A DNA stretch of 63,969 nt, the filler included, from Licmophora abbreviata (lineage: Eukaryota), in the NCBI GenBank assembly GCA_900291995.1. It is 19 parts of 19 records of this genome, joined end to end, with 100 filler letters (N's around TTAATTAATTAA, not from the genome) between each part and the next. Parts side by side here need not be neighbours in the genome. Positions count along the whole stretch, not along the records: positions 14,379 to 26,015 come from OLMU01000627.1; positions 26,116 to 27,152 come from OLMU01000628.1; positions 27,253 to 28,518 come from OLMU01000629.1; positions 28,619 to 31,843 come from OLMU01000630.1; positions 31,944 to 34,684 come from OLMU01000631.1; 14 more parts are not named here. One strand, 5' to 3'. The position numbers were made by a program, and so were the translations under genes. Below the pieces are notes generated by a model that did no database searches, had not been told where the DNA came from, and saw only the letters and a program-made list of their open reading frames with translations. Position 1 is the first letter of the stretch, and the number at the start of each line of letters is the position of its first letter. Below, in pieces: positions 22,990-34,295 of this stretch.

Positions 22990-24698
22990 ATGAGCCCCTC
23001 TACCAACGCATCCAAAGATCCCTCTACCGCTACGTGGAAGCGCGGAGTCCCATTGGACGGAACCGTCAGCACTAGTCTCAACGACGCCAGTCGAGGAAAG
23101 GATCCTCGTACCGTGTATCGCCCACCGCATCACGCCCATCATGGCCGCCGTCACGAGGATGGTAGACTGGAAGAAGGTGAAATTCCGGAGAGAGGAAGCA
23201 GTCGCTATCATTCTGCGCAATCGTCGTCAGCAGCAGTAGGTCTTGATCCGCGCTTCCTGTTTGGACTTCGTCAGGCCACAGCATCGCTGCACGAAAAGGT
23301 CAATCTACTTACGAGCAAGGTGGACACCCTGACTTCCATGGTGGAAACACTCGTCGCGCCACAGGATCGGTCGAAGCAAGGTACGTGTGTCTGTCTAGCA
23401 CCAAAGAGAGCCATGATGTGTTGAACTCCTATCGAATCAATCGCGTCGTCTCTCTTTCATATGCTCGTGCTATTCTTTTGTTTGTACAGATCGTTTCGCG
23501 ACTGCCCGTACTCCTGAAGCATATCCTGCGACGAGCAGCAAGCCTTCCGTCATGACGGGTGAAGCATCGGCCAAACAGGATCGCCCCAAGCGAACTGAAC
23601 GCGCGGAGCCCTCTGGTGCGAACGGTAAGTGCAACAATAGATTGTACGTGCCGTGTTGAGTCGTGTCATCGCTGTCAACTCACTTCCACTACTACGTTGT
23701 CTATAATGCGGCTCCATGGCTCTCCTGCCTACTTGACAGCCCAGAGAATCGCGACGAGTCACTCCAGCAGCGGGAAAGATTCTCGCAAGCGTGCTTTTGG
23801 TGCAGACAACGAGGAACATGTCGCCAAGAATGTCCGTCTCAAGACGCACCAAGACGCCGACACTCGCAAGCGCAAGGTTGCGACCAATGACATTGACGTC
23901 ACCAAGACGGTCCGTACGGGGACGACGGTGGTGGCTGTTCGCGACACTGAGTCTAGCAAATGGACAGGCGTGGCGGAAAAGCAACATGCCAATGCAGCCA
24001 AGATGGCATCCAAGAAGGTCCGCGTTGAGACGACGAGCGATCAAGTGCCGGTCAGTCACGACACCGACTCTCGCGAGGTCACTATGGAGAAGCATATCGC
24101 CAATGCTACCACGACTGTCCCATCCAAGACGACCGTTCGCGACACCAACATTGATTCTACCAAGGTCGCCACGGACAAGGGAAACGTCCTTGTCACCGAG
24201 AAGGCCAGTACCACGATCGTCCACAGCACCAACGCTCACAAGCGCTCGGTCGCGCATGAGAAGGAAAACGTCGGTGACGCCCGCAACACCAATGCTCGCA
24301 AGCGCACGGCTGCGAAAGGAAAGAAGTACGTCCGTGACGCGCGCAACACCAATGCTCGTAAGCCCACGGTTACGAAAGGAAAGGAGAACGACGGTGACGC
24401 CATCAGCACCAATGCCGAGTCTCAGAATCCCACGGTTGCGAAAGGCAAAGATAATGTAGACACTACCAAGAGAAACACCCTTGTCATCAAGACGAGCCAT
24501 CATGTGACAACTGTTGAGAACACAGACGATGACTTTGACGATGTCAACTTTCTCAAAGCCCTTCTGTCTAGTAAGAAGAAGCTTGGAAGAGTCACAAAGG
24601 ACTCGTTGATGAAGGCGTGTGGTGCCCGCGAGATCGAGGCAGACAAGAAACTCAAGAAGGTCGACCTTGTCTCCCGACTCATTGATCGTGCCACCTGA
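22990..24698 (+). CDS. Hypothetical basic Thr/Lys-rich protein with internal repeats and a short C-terminal helical (SAP/HeH-like) domain
   Basis: Exons join in frame via introns ~23380-23489 and ~23625-23739. A coiled-coil segment LHEKVNLLTSKVDTLTSMV is present. C-terminus: KKLGRVTKDSLMKACGAREIEADKKLKKVDLVSRL. Confidence 0.55.
24225..24470 (+). repeat. ~60-bp coding tandem repeat, about 4 copies
   Basis: Units begin a(g/a)caccaa(c/t)gc and encode STNAHKRSVAHEKENVGDAR / NTNARKRTAAKGKKYVRDAR / NTNARKPTVTKGKENDGDAI / STNAESQNPTVAKGKDNV. Confidence 0.8.
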
Positions 24699-24863
24699 GC
24701 GCAAACTTGAGACGGGAGTGAAACGTATCGCAAGTCTTCGACTCGCGAGCCATTCGTGCATGTTCTGCCACTACCGGACGTAGGATCTCACTGCTCGAGT
24801 ATAGTTCTATAACGAACAACGCCGTTCACATAAGACTCCTCTTTGCGGTCTCGTTGAATCTAC

Positions 24864-25916
24864 TCATTGAGCAACTCTTGCCACTGCGCTAGCGTAACTG
24901 ACACTGCTGTCGTCCATAGTTCGAACGGATGAGCTTTGAGCATATCGCACAAATTTAACGTCCAATGTTTCGACCTTTGCTTCTCGATTGGTCCGCACTG
25001 CCTGCAGCCATACCGATATCGCATGTCGTCCACATATGGTGTTTGAGGTCTGCTTCAAGTAGGTTGCAAATGCCCCCGGCTTCTGCAATTCAATGTGCGA
25101 CATGCCCTTGTGATCCAAGTCACGAATGTGTTTGAAGATCTGTATTCCATTCGTTCCTTTCGGTTGATATTGAAATCGACGCCCCCAGTGACAAAAGTCG
25201 CTTGAAACGACAGTAAGAATGGAGGGTCGGGCTAGAATGGACGCCAATAAGGCCCCCGCTTCTTCTTCGAGCGAACTGTCCAAAGCCCCGACCATGATTG
25301 GCAGCACTTGCACTTCTGTGTTGGCATCATTACAGGCTTTTCGAATGTAAGGATACTGCAGTTCACCAGAATGTTCATTCTCATCGGTCGAGACGTCCAT
25401 GGTCGAACCAAATAGAGAGGGCGATAGCTTCTGGATTTCTTCGCGAAGTGTCGCGTCCACCTTTAGGTTTCCCAGGGGCGTCTCCAACGTAGAGGCTCCT
25501 GACACCGCACAGGATCTCAGGTATACATGATGAGACGGATGCAGCACCACAATAGACTTAATTTCTGCATGATCGGGAGTTTGCTGTCGCTGCTTCTCTT
25601 TTAGTGCGTCTACCAAGGCACGATACGCGTAGGCAGCCGTCGGTCCAGAATAGCTGTATCCCGCATGGGGAACTACGAGTGCGCGCAATGCAGTACCACC
25701 AGAGCCTGATTTAGGAGCCTCTTGGTTCTCTCCACCACCAGAAGAAGTCACAATTTTAAAATCTTTTGTAAGATCATCATCGACCTTTCTTAGGTATCCT
25801 GAGAGAGTAGCGTCAAGCGCGTGCGGTTCCGAGGGGTACCACGACTGAGCGTGATGCGCACGACGAATGTACGATGATGGTTTTTCATAGTCTCGTTTCG
25901 ATTTGACAGATCCCAT
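24864..25916 (-). CDS. MEMO1: MEMO1-family protein
   Basis: IRRAHHAQSWY, VPHAGYSYSGPTAAYAY, PSHH, EHSGELQYP, VSSDFCHWG, NTICGRHAI and DSSVSYAS. Confidence 0.93.
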   Translation of the reverse strand: MGSVKSKRDYEKPSSYIRRAHHAQSWYPSEPHALDATLSGYLRKVDDDLTKDFKIVTSSGGGENQEAPKSGSGGTALRALVVPHAGYSYSGPTAAYAYRALVDALKEKQRQQTPDHAEIKSIVVLHPSHHVYLRSCAVSGASTLETPLGNLKVDATLREEIQKLSPSLFGSTMDVSTDENEHSGELQYPYIRKACNDANTEVQVLPIMVGALDSSLEEEAGALLASILARPSILTVVSSDFCHWGRRFQYQPKGTNGIQIFKHIRDLDHKGMSHIELQKPGAFATYLKQTSNTICGRHAISVWLQAVRTNREAKVETLDVKFVRYAQSSSVRTMDDSSVSYASAVARVAQ

Positions 25917-26323
25917 GTCGACTTTTCAATGTCCTGGGGATCTCTAGGGCAGCAGCGGTGCTGGTACAGATGTAAAGGATCAACGAAAGTCGCGGCAGAA
26001 GAGAAGACACGATGANNNNNNNNNNNNNNNNNNNNNNNNNNNNNNNNNNNNNNNNNNNNTTAATTAATTAANNNNNNNNNNNNNNNNNNNNNNNNNNNNN
26101 NNNNNNNNNNNNNNNTACGAAAAAGTACCGCGTGTTGTTGATGTTGTGCTTTGAGAGTTTTGAAGTGATGGTAATAAGCACCCGGAAGTTCCAAATACAG
26201 AAAGATCCAACCAATCAGTATTCTTATCCACAGATCTGACTACAAGTTATTAGAAACATCAGCACGGAACCGCGAAAGCTCTTTTTTGAGAATCCTGTTT
26301 CATTTCGCTCTCTCACAATACTT

Positions 26324-28270
26324 ATGTTGCGTATGGTGTCTCGTCGTTGCTGTTGTCTCATGCTCCTGACGACTCTTAGGACGAATCTCGCGCCGTCCCG
26401 CACGTCTCTAGTCTTTGTTCTAGCGCTCAGCACGAGATCAAGTAGCACCATGGAGACGACGATGACAACGTATCTGAAGCAGTTTGACGACAAGAAGCGT
26501 TACATGGTTCATGACAGCATCGTGGATACGGTTGGCCGCACTCCCATTGTCAAAATCCAGAAGATGGCTCCAGAGGGTGGCGCCGATGTCTATGTCAAAT
26601 GTGAATCGGAAAATCCCGGTGGATCCGTCAAGGATCGGTTGGCGGTGGGAGTTATTGAATGGGCCGAGAAGCACGGAAAGATCAAGCCCGGCCAAACTGT
26701 CGTGGAGGCGTCGAGTGGGAACACTGGAATCGGACTTGCCATGGTATGTGCCTCCAAGGGATACCCGCTCGTCTGTGTCATGGCCGAGTCTTTCAGCATT
26801 GAACGACGCAAGCTGATGCGCTTCTTTGGAGCAAAGGTCATCCTGACGAATCCGGCGCACAAGGGAACCGGCATGGTCATTAAGGCAAAGGAGCTGGCCG
26901 ACGAACATGGCTACTTCTGGCCGAATCAGTTTGAGAGTGAAGCGAATGCATGGATCCATGAACAGACGACTGGTCCAGAAATCGTGGAAGCGTTTGAAAG
27001 TCTGGGAAAGCCGCTCGATCACTTCCTGTGTGCCTACGGCACGGGTGGAACGCTTCTAGGTGTCGGCAAAGCTCTAAAGGATAAGTCGCCTAATACCAAG
27101 GTGCATGTTTGCGAACCTGACAATGCCCCCCTTCTTTACTCGGAAATCGAAANNNNNNNNNNNNNNNNNNNNNNNNNNNNNNNNNNNNNNNNNNNNTTAA
27201 TTAATTAANNNNNNNNNNNNNNNNNNNNNNNNNNNNNNNNNNNNNNNNNNNNAAACAAAGTACCCAGAGGATGGAAAGCCGTCGACGTCATTCGAAGGTA
27301 TGTACTAGCTAGTATATGTCGAGCGCGTGTCCTACATGAGATTAAGAAGACGACTCACCGTACCGTCTCTCCTTCCTTGCAGTACCCCACCCAGTCTGGC
27401 GTCCGCATCTCATGCAAGGATGGGTCACTGACTTCATCCCTAAGCTGGTTGCAGAAGCTAAGGACGGCAATTTTTATGACAACTTGCAGCAGGCCGATGG
27501 CTTTGAAGCAATCAAGACCAGTCAAGAGCTGGCACAAAAGGAAGGCATCTTCACGGGAATCTCGGGCGGTGGAATCTTGTCGTGCGCCCTTAAGTTAGCC
27601 AAGAAGAGTCCCAAAGGCTCCAGTATCCTCGCAATACTTCCGGATACTGGAGAGCGCTATCTATCGACTCCAGTACGTTGATCGGTGGACTTTGATTGAT
27701 ATGTCAATGGCCACTGAACTTTTCTAATGATTTTTCTCGACTTTTAACGGCTTCTTACAGCTTTTTGCCGATATTCCTGCAGACATGACAGAGGCCGAAA
27801 AAGCCTTGGCCGAGTCGACACCGTCCACCCCACCACCTGGTGCTGGACTGCCGGAAGTGTTGCCCGAGGCGGTCGAATTCGTCCACTCCATTAACAAGCA
27901 GCACAAACTGGTTGTCTGGTCGTTGCAGTACTGCGAATTTTGCTGGACGCTCTCAAAGTTCCTGGATGCACTGGGCGTGCCTTATGAGCGTGTCGATATC
28001 GACAACTTCAAGTATGCCAAGGATAATTTGGGCAACAAGTACCGCGCGGCCTTGCAGGAACTCACCGACTGCAAGACTTTTCCTCAATTCTTTGTCGACG
28101 GCGAGTTCAAAGGCGGAGCTGTCGATGCTTGCATGCTATGGAAGAAGGACGAACTCCAGCCGATGCTGGAGAAGGCAGGATTGAACGAAAACAACTTCAA
28201 TGGGTATGAAGGGGATCCGTTCGAGTTCCTTCCGAAGTGGATGGCACAGAATCCTCATCGAAGCAAGTAA
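26324..28270 (+). CDS. Cysteine synthase (O-acetylserine thiol-lyase, CysK type) fused to a C-terminal glutaredoxin domain
   Basis: PLP-lysine motif NPGGSVKDR, EASSGNTG, GTGGT and PDTGERYLSTP. An intron (~27674-27760) joins in frame to LFADIPADM...YCEFC...TFPQFFVDGEFKGGAVD. Start may be at 26450. Linker at 27153-27252; intron ~27298-27382. Confidence 0.9.
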
Positions 28271-28695
28271 CGCAGTAGGTCTGGTCCCTTGTTGAAAGCA
28301 CCCGCTCTGGTACACCAAGAGCAGCATCAGCCCTCTCTTCACGATAACACGTTCAATTCTTGTTAATATGCATACGATCTGTAGGTGTGATCAACTGTCG
28401 TCCCGATTGAAGCTCGAGAAGGTACCGGCTACGGTATTGTACGACCTAAGACGACGGAGCTCGAGTGCCCTACGTAGACTTCTCCCGCGCGATGCGAGAC
28501 ACCGCGCTCCCGCGCTCTNNNNNNNNNNNNNNNNNNNNNNNNNNNNNNNNNNNNNNNNNNNNTTAATTAATTAANNNNNNNNNNNNNNNNNNNNNNNNNN
28601 NNNNNNNNNNNNNNNNNNCGTATTACATCACCGAGCTGTGTGGTGTTCAAGCAAGCGTCGTTGCCCCTTCACTTCCTCGCCCCTTCATATCCATC

Positions 28696-30211
28696 ATGAC
28701 AACAGAATCGCCTGCCAAGAAAACCCTTCTGAATATTTCAGAACATATCGAGCTTGCCGAAAAGGCGTGCAAGTTTCTGAGCGCGTCCCCGGATCCTTTC
28801 CATGCCGTGGCCAACAGCGTGGCCAAACTGGAAGCAGCCGGCTTTGAACACCTTCGCAAGCGCGACCCTTTTGCCGGAAAGCTCAAGGCAGGTGGCAGGT
28901 ACTTCTACACGATAAATCACTCGACGCTCGTGGCTTTCACGGTGGGCGACAAGTACGAATCTGGCAATGGCTTTGCAGTGATTGGCGGACATACGGATTC
29001 GCCCAATCTCAAGGTCAAACCCATCTCGAAGAAGCAATCCAGCGGATGTGTGCAGCTAGGGGTCGAGTGCTATGGTGGGGGGCTCTGGCATACGTGGTTC
29101 GACCGTGATTTGGGACTAAGTGGGCGAGTCTTGTTGCGATCTCAAGAAGGTCACGTCAAGCAAGAATTGGTCAAGCTCGACACTCCTGTGGCTCGAGTAT
29201 CGACGCTTTGTATTCACCTACAGTCAGCGGAGGAGCGCAAAGCATTTGCTGTTAACAAAGAGACACATACATCACCAATCCTAGGAACCCAGACAGTGCT
29301 GGAACAGGGTGCCGAAGAGCAACTCAATGATTGGCAACAGCGGCACAATTCGCGATTGATCCTAGCAATCGCGAAGGAGCTCAATGTCGATATTTCACAG
29401 ATCGCCGACATGGAGCTCAATCTATTTGATGTTCAACCTGCATCGCTTGGGGGACTCGAACGGGAGTTTCTGAACTCGGCTCGTTTAGACAATCTTGCGA
29501 CCGTGTTCTGTTCGATCGAAGCCTTGATTGATCACTCGGCCGACCTTTCCGACGACCTAGACGTGTCGCTCGTTGCATTGTTTGACCACGAAGAGGTGGG
29601 AAGTCAGAGTGCCCATGGTGCTGGATCTCCCGTCATGATGGAAGCAGTTCGTCGCATCTCGACGGCTTTGAATCAGGGAGTCTTGAACCCCGACGTCTAC
29701 TCGGCAGCAATTCGCAAGTCATTTGTCGTTAGCTGCGATCAGGCTCATGCCATCCACCCTAATTACGCTTCCAAGCACGAGTCAAACCATTCTCCAAAGC
29801 TCAATGGTGGAGTTGTTATCAAGACAAACTCAAATCAACGCTACACGACCAACGGCGTGACAGGATTTGTCATTCGGGAGTTGGGTCGACAGGCCAATGT
29901 TCCCATTCAAGAGTTTGTGGTACGCAACGACTGTCCATGTGGATCGACTATTGGGCCTATCATAAGTGCAAATACGGGTATCCGCACGGTAGACGTTGGT
30001 ATGCCCCAGCTTTCCATGCACTCGTGCCGTGAAGTCATGGGAATTGCCGATTGTGAGTATGTTCGTGCGTTACGCTTTGACTCGACTTTTTTGTGGTGAT
30101 CATGACTCACTCTATTGTCGTACTTTATGTTCACTAGTGACCCATGGTCTGGATCTATTCAAGGCCTACTTCAAAGGATTCCGTGCCCTCGACGACCAGA
30201 TTGAAGGATAG
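28696..30211 (+). CDS. DNPEP: Aspartyl aminopeptidase (peptidase M18)
   Basis: GHTDSP, YGGGLWHTWFDRDLG, ARLDN, FDHEEVGS, DQAHAIHPNY, CGSTIGP and LSMHSCRE; last intron ~30053-30137. Confidence 0.95.
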
Positions 30212-30769
30212 CTACCAGTTTACTATTGTAACAGGTACCAAGTGGTGTTGGTTCCGCACCTACTGTAAGTAGGTCGGTTGAGGTATGACAACGAAAACTA
30301 CGACGCCTCGGGTCTGTTGAAATTTACGATAGGAGCTCCGAGCTCTTTTTGTATATTTTTTGGCGGAGCGTTGAAACTAATCTTTTAGCACTATCGGGAA
30401 AGTTTGACTATTCCTTTATTTATACACGTATAGGATATAATTTGGTCACTACATTGTTTTGGCGAGTTGGCTTTGGCTCAACGCATATTGATGACACTCT
30501 AAACGAGCGAGCCGGATTTGCCCGCCAAAGAGTGTGCGTTGAAGGTAGAATTTTGTATACGGTCGTGAAGAGAGCATTTATTAAGCCGAGGAAATTTTTG
30601 GAATCGTCCCTTCAGTCAAGTCGCGCCATTCATTGTATTTCATGGCCACAGTGTGTCAACAGGGATGTGCTAGTCTTCCTTGATTTCCATGATCAGTTGG
30701 AGTAGGAGCGCATTGATTTTTTTCTACTGAGAGTTACTCGAGACTGAGGCAGTGAGATCAAATTTCAAT

Positions 30770-32829
30770 ATGCCACATTTGAATTCTACTACAACCAAGG
30801 TTCAGGCCAAGCCTAGCAAGTCAGAACATGCTAATAAAGAGTCCCTGAAAACCGGAGAGGTGCATGGCGCTCGTACGTCTGTAGAGAACGATCGACTCTT
30901 GTCTTTGTCGGCAATGGCTATGAAATATGCCCCCAATGGAAACGAGGTTGGGGCGGAGCGGCCCTCTAGCGACCCCCTTCCATCAGGTGAACCCACGCAA
31001 AAATCGACACCACAGGTGCTTGGGACGGGCGCAGTGGGTGCGCCAGAGCAAAAAGGGCTACCTGGGAAGCATAACATTACCCCGTCGCCGTTTGTTGGGC
31101 ATGAACGTGTCATGCCTTACTATGGTCATGAGATGATTTCTGGGTGGGGAATGGGTCCACCCATGATGATCCGTCATGGTCATGATGGGCGACAGTTGTT
31201 TCCATCTCCTCTACGGGCCAACGGAACCGTTTCAGAAGTACCAGGGGGTACCACAGGACTCAATATGTCCCCAATTATCCGGCCACCAGGCATGTTTTCT
31301 TATCAGATGCACCCTGGATACAAGCCTGGCGTGTCCGAGGATACCGGAGTGACGAGTGTAAACGACGAGAAGAAAGCTGCAACGCGGGGCTCTAGGGATC
31401 GTCAAGCAGAACCGAAACCCAAGAAAGCAGTGGTCGGCAAGAACGATTCTGAAGCGCTATCACCAAAGTCAGTGGCTGGAAACGATGATAAATCTACCGG
31501 CAAGACCGTCATCTCCCCGACGCCATCTGTGAATGCCGCAATCGAGAAAGAAGACGATTTTTCTGCGGACACTGTTGACGCCAACCGCGCGCAACCGCCT
31601 ACGACCGGAAAGTCTAAGCTGCCTCCTCAAGCGATGCATCGATTTCCTCCACCGCACTCATACTACGCTCCTATGGCTCCTATGTATGGTCCTCCAGGCG
31701 CGTACCTAGCTCCCTACTTTTCCGGCTACGCTCCTGTCGCTCCCATGCCGCCTGCCAATATGTACGCAGGCCAGTCAAGTCGGTCCCCTTCCGGCATGCC
31801 TCCTGCTGGGCCCGTCACCTCAGCACCGCGTGCTCCAGCTACCNNNNNNNNNNNNNNNNNNNNNNNNNNNNNNNNNNNNNNNNNNNNTTAATTAATTAAN
31901 NNNNNNNNNNNNNNNNNNNNNNNNNNNNNNNNNNNNNNNNNNNCTACCTCCATCTCTCGACGAGGCTACAACTATTGTTGAACCGACATCGATCAAACGT
32001 AGAGCCAGCGAGCTCGAAACAGAGGAGAAACCCCCAAAGAGGGCGGCCTTGTCGTCGTTGAAGCAGATAACGTCGGTCGCAGAGTGGCAATCTGTAGCGC
32101 GAGCTACGGGGTCTCCCCCGAGCGCGGGACGATGTATGCCTCTCAAAGATCCAATTCCCACGCGGTATTGGGGGTAAGTGGGTTCCATCATTCGTGCGAA
32201 TGCTCGGGCGTTTCTTCGTCGTATATCACTATTCTCACATACAATTCTTATCTCGCGATTGAAACAACAGAGACTCGGAGTCAGTACAGCATGCTCAGAT
32301 CCCTGACTTCCATCGTTTGGTCAACTACCCTGACTATCTGGCTAAGAATAAGTTGACGTCCCGTCAGGCTGGAACAAGCGCTCCAAAAGGCCAACGGCAT
32401 TGTGTCATGTGTGGCAAGCTTCGCATCTGCTCAGGCAACGTGAGTGGACAACCCAGTGCAGATGTTGGCGACGACTCCTCGTGCATTATTCCTCGTCAAA
32501 ATAAGGGACTTTGTACAGCTTGCGATGTGACCATCTGGGTGCTGGTCGATCAGGGCCTGGAAATTAAATGGTGCAAGGGATGCAAGAACTTTCGTCCGTG
32601 GGTTGCGTTTGGCGACAAGGGACTCGCCACGAAGTGTGTTCGCTGCCGCGAACGTCAGCGTGATAAGTACGCCTCACAAAAGGAGCAGTTGCGCATTCGC
32701 CGTATCCGACAGAAACAGGAGCAGCACGATGCTGCGACTGAGGAAGAAAAGAAGGATGACGACGCGGTGCCAGGCAGCGACCTGGCGGCGGCTAATGGGC
32801 TGAGAAACCTAATGTCTGCTGCCTTGTAA
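30770..32829 (+). CDS. Pro-rich protein with a C-terminal multi-CxxC zinc-binding/basic domain (putative transcription factor)
   Basis: Low-complexity P/M/G/Y N-terminal half. After the linker and an intron (~32174-32289): IPDFHRLVNYPDYL...CVMCG...CTAC...WCKGCKNF...TKCVRCRERQRDKY. Confidence 0.6.
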
Positions 32830-32987
32830 CTCGAGAGCTATTCGAAAAAGCCAGGGGATGGGGAAATAATCGACAGGGCTGGTATTTTTCTCCTTGTTCG
32901 AAGCTAGCTGCGAGCCAACTTATAATAATAATGTCTCGAAAGCCTAGAATAGTACCAGTAGCACTGTCGTCGTTATTGCTTTTTCGT

Positions 32988-33988
32988 CTACATGATTTTC
33001 TTTTTTCGAAAGTATCGTTTGAGGTATCGCACTTGTAGAAAAGTGACGCTCAGCAAGATCATGACAGAAAGATAAGAGAAGTATCTGACATTTCGATTGA
33101 TCGAGTCGGCGGTTCTTCGCATGCGCGATTCTCTCTTTTCCATGTACTCCATTTCGCTCAGAATGGCCTTTGCAGAACCTATACTTGTTTTGAGTTGTTC
33201 TTCCAGTGGCGTCAAATGCTTCGTCTTCATGTCTTCCTTTTTGCTAGTGGTGGTGGTGGTGTCGTCTTCGTCGTCCGAATCTTCGTCGCTCACTAGCACG
33301 ACATCAAATACGACAAAGACTTCTTCGTCGGCATTGAAGTTGTCGAAGCAAACGGAATATCCACCCAACGCTGTCTGAGCCTCCCATTCATTCCCTGATA
33401 ACACAACGTGGTTCATCACGATGGGAAGGAACCAGACGAAATCCTGATGTCGCAAAGGCCGACCCGAGCGAGGCTTCTGCACATACAATTGAACGTTAGC
33501 CATCTTTCCATTTTCTTCCAGGAACTCGTCTAGCATTTCCAAATCCTTGGAGGACGGATCGTTCAGAAACTGATGCGGCAAACTTCCGTCCTTTTCATTG
33601 CGATTCTTGGTCAGTTCCTTGACCTGCCCGACATACCATTCTTCCAAGTGAGGAGCAATACTCGATGGCAAAGTTACGAAAACCATGTGCGCGTCGTCAT
33701 CCTCTGGAATGTTGAAACGAAAACACTGTAAACGGCGAGGAGCGAGAGTATGGGCAATACGAAATCAGGGTGCGCATCAACAGTTGTACCAGACACCATA
33801 GGTGAGTTGGCCCGTTCAAGATTGTATAGTGCCTTGGCTTTAGCATAGTGTACAGGATTGAAGCGGGACGTTCAGAGGTACTCTACACCGTTTGTACTCA
33901 CCTTCTGCGTCTGTTCAGGTATTTCGGCAATCATTGGATACCCCAGGACTGTTCCCACAGCACACCATAGCAGAAGGAGAAGCCTCAT
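32988..33988 (-). CDS. p24/emp24/gp25L GOLD-domain cargo receptor
   Basis: Signal peptide MRLLLLLWCAVGTVLG, an intron, then CFRFNIP, YSVCFDN, a coiled coil EMEYMEKRESRMR, a TM segment and the tail YLKRYFRKKKIM. Confidence 0.9.
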
Positions 33989-34295
33989 GTCGTGGAGTGT
34001 CGTAACTCTCCGTCCGAATCCCATCGTCGATCGTGGGCGCCGCGCAGCCGACGAAATGAGCACCGACGAAATCTTCTGACACAATGACCCGGGCGACTGA
34101 ACGACGTACGACAGACCTTTGGACTTCGTACGGCACGAAAACAGGGAAGTTCATCTATCCTTGCCTAGCTTAGACTACGCAAGTACGCCGAGGACTATTG
34201 AGTAAGCTTCATCCTCGGTCTAACAGCTAGAATTAGCAAGTCGCCGTATCGTCGATGTAGACTAGCATACCTCACTCGTCGACGGCATGTGTCGC

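Noticed and set aside
23550..24761. 403-aa antisense ORF (and other long antisense ORFs, e.g. 277-924, 19384-20121, 51337-52338)
   Set aside because: These are shadow ORFs opposite real coding sequence, caused by codon bias and repeats; they contain no recognisable motifs.
30212..30769. AT-richer intergenic stretch as a possible mobile-element remnant
   Set aside because: No terminal repeats, target-site duplication or transposase/RT motifs were visible.
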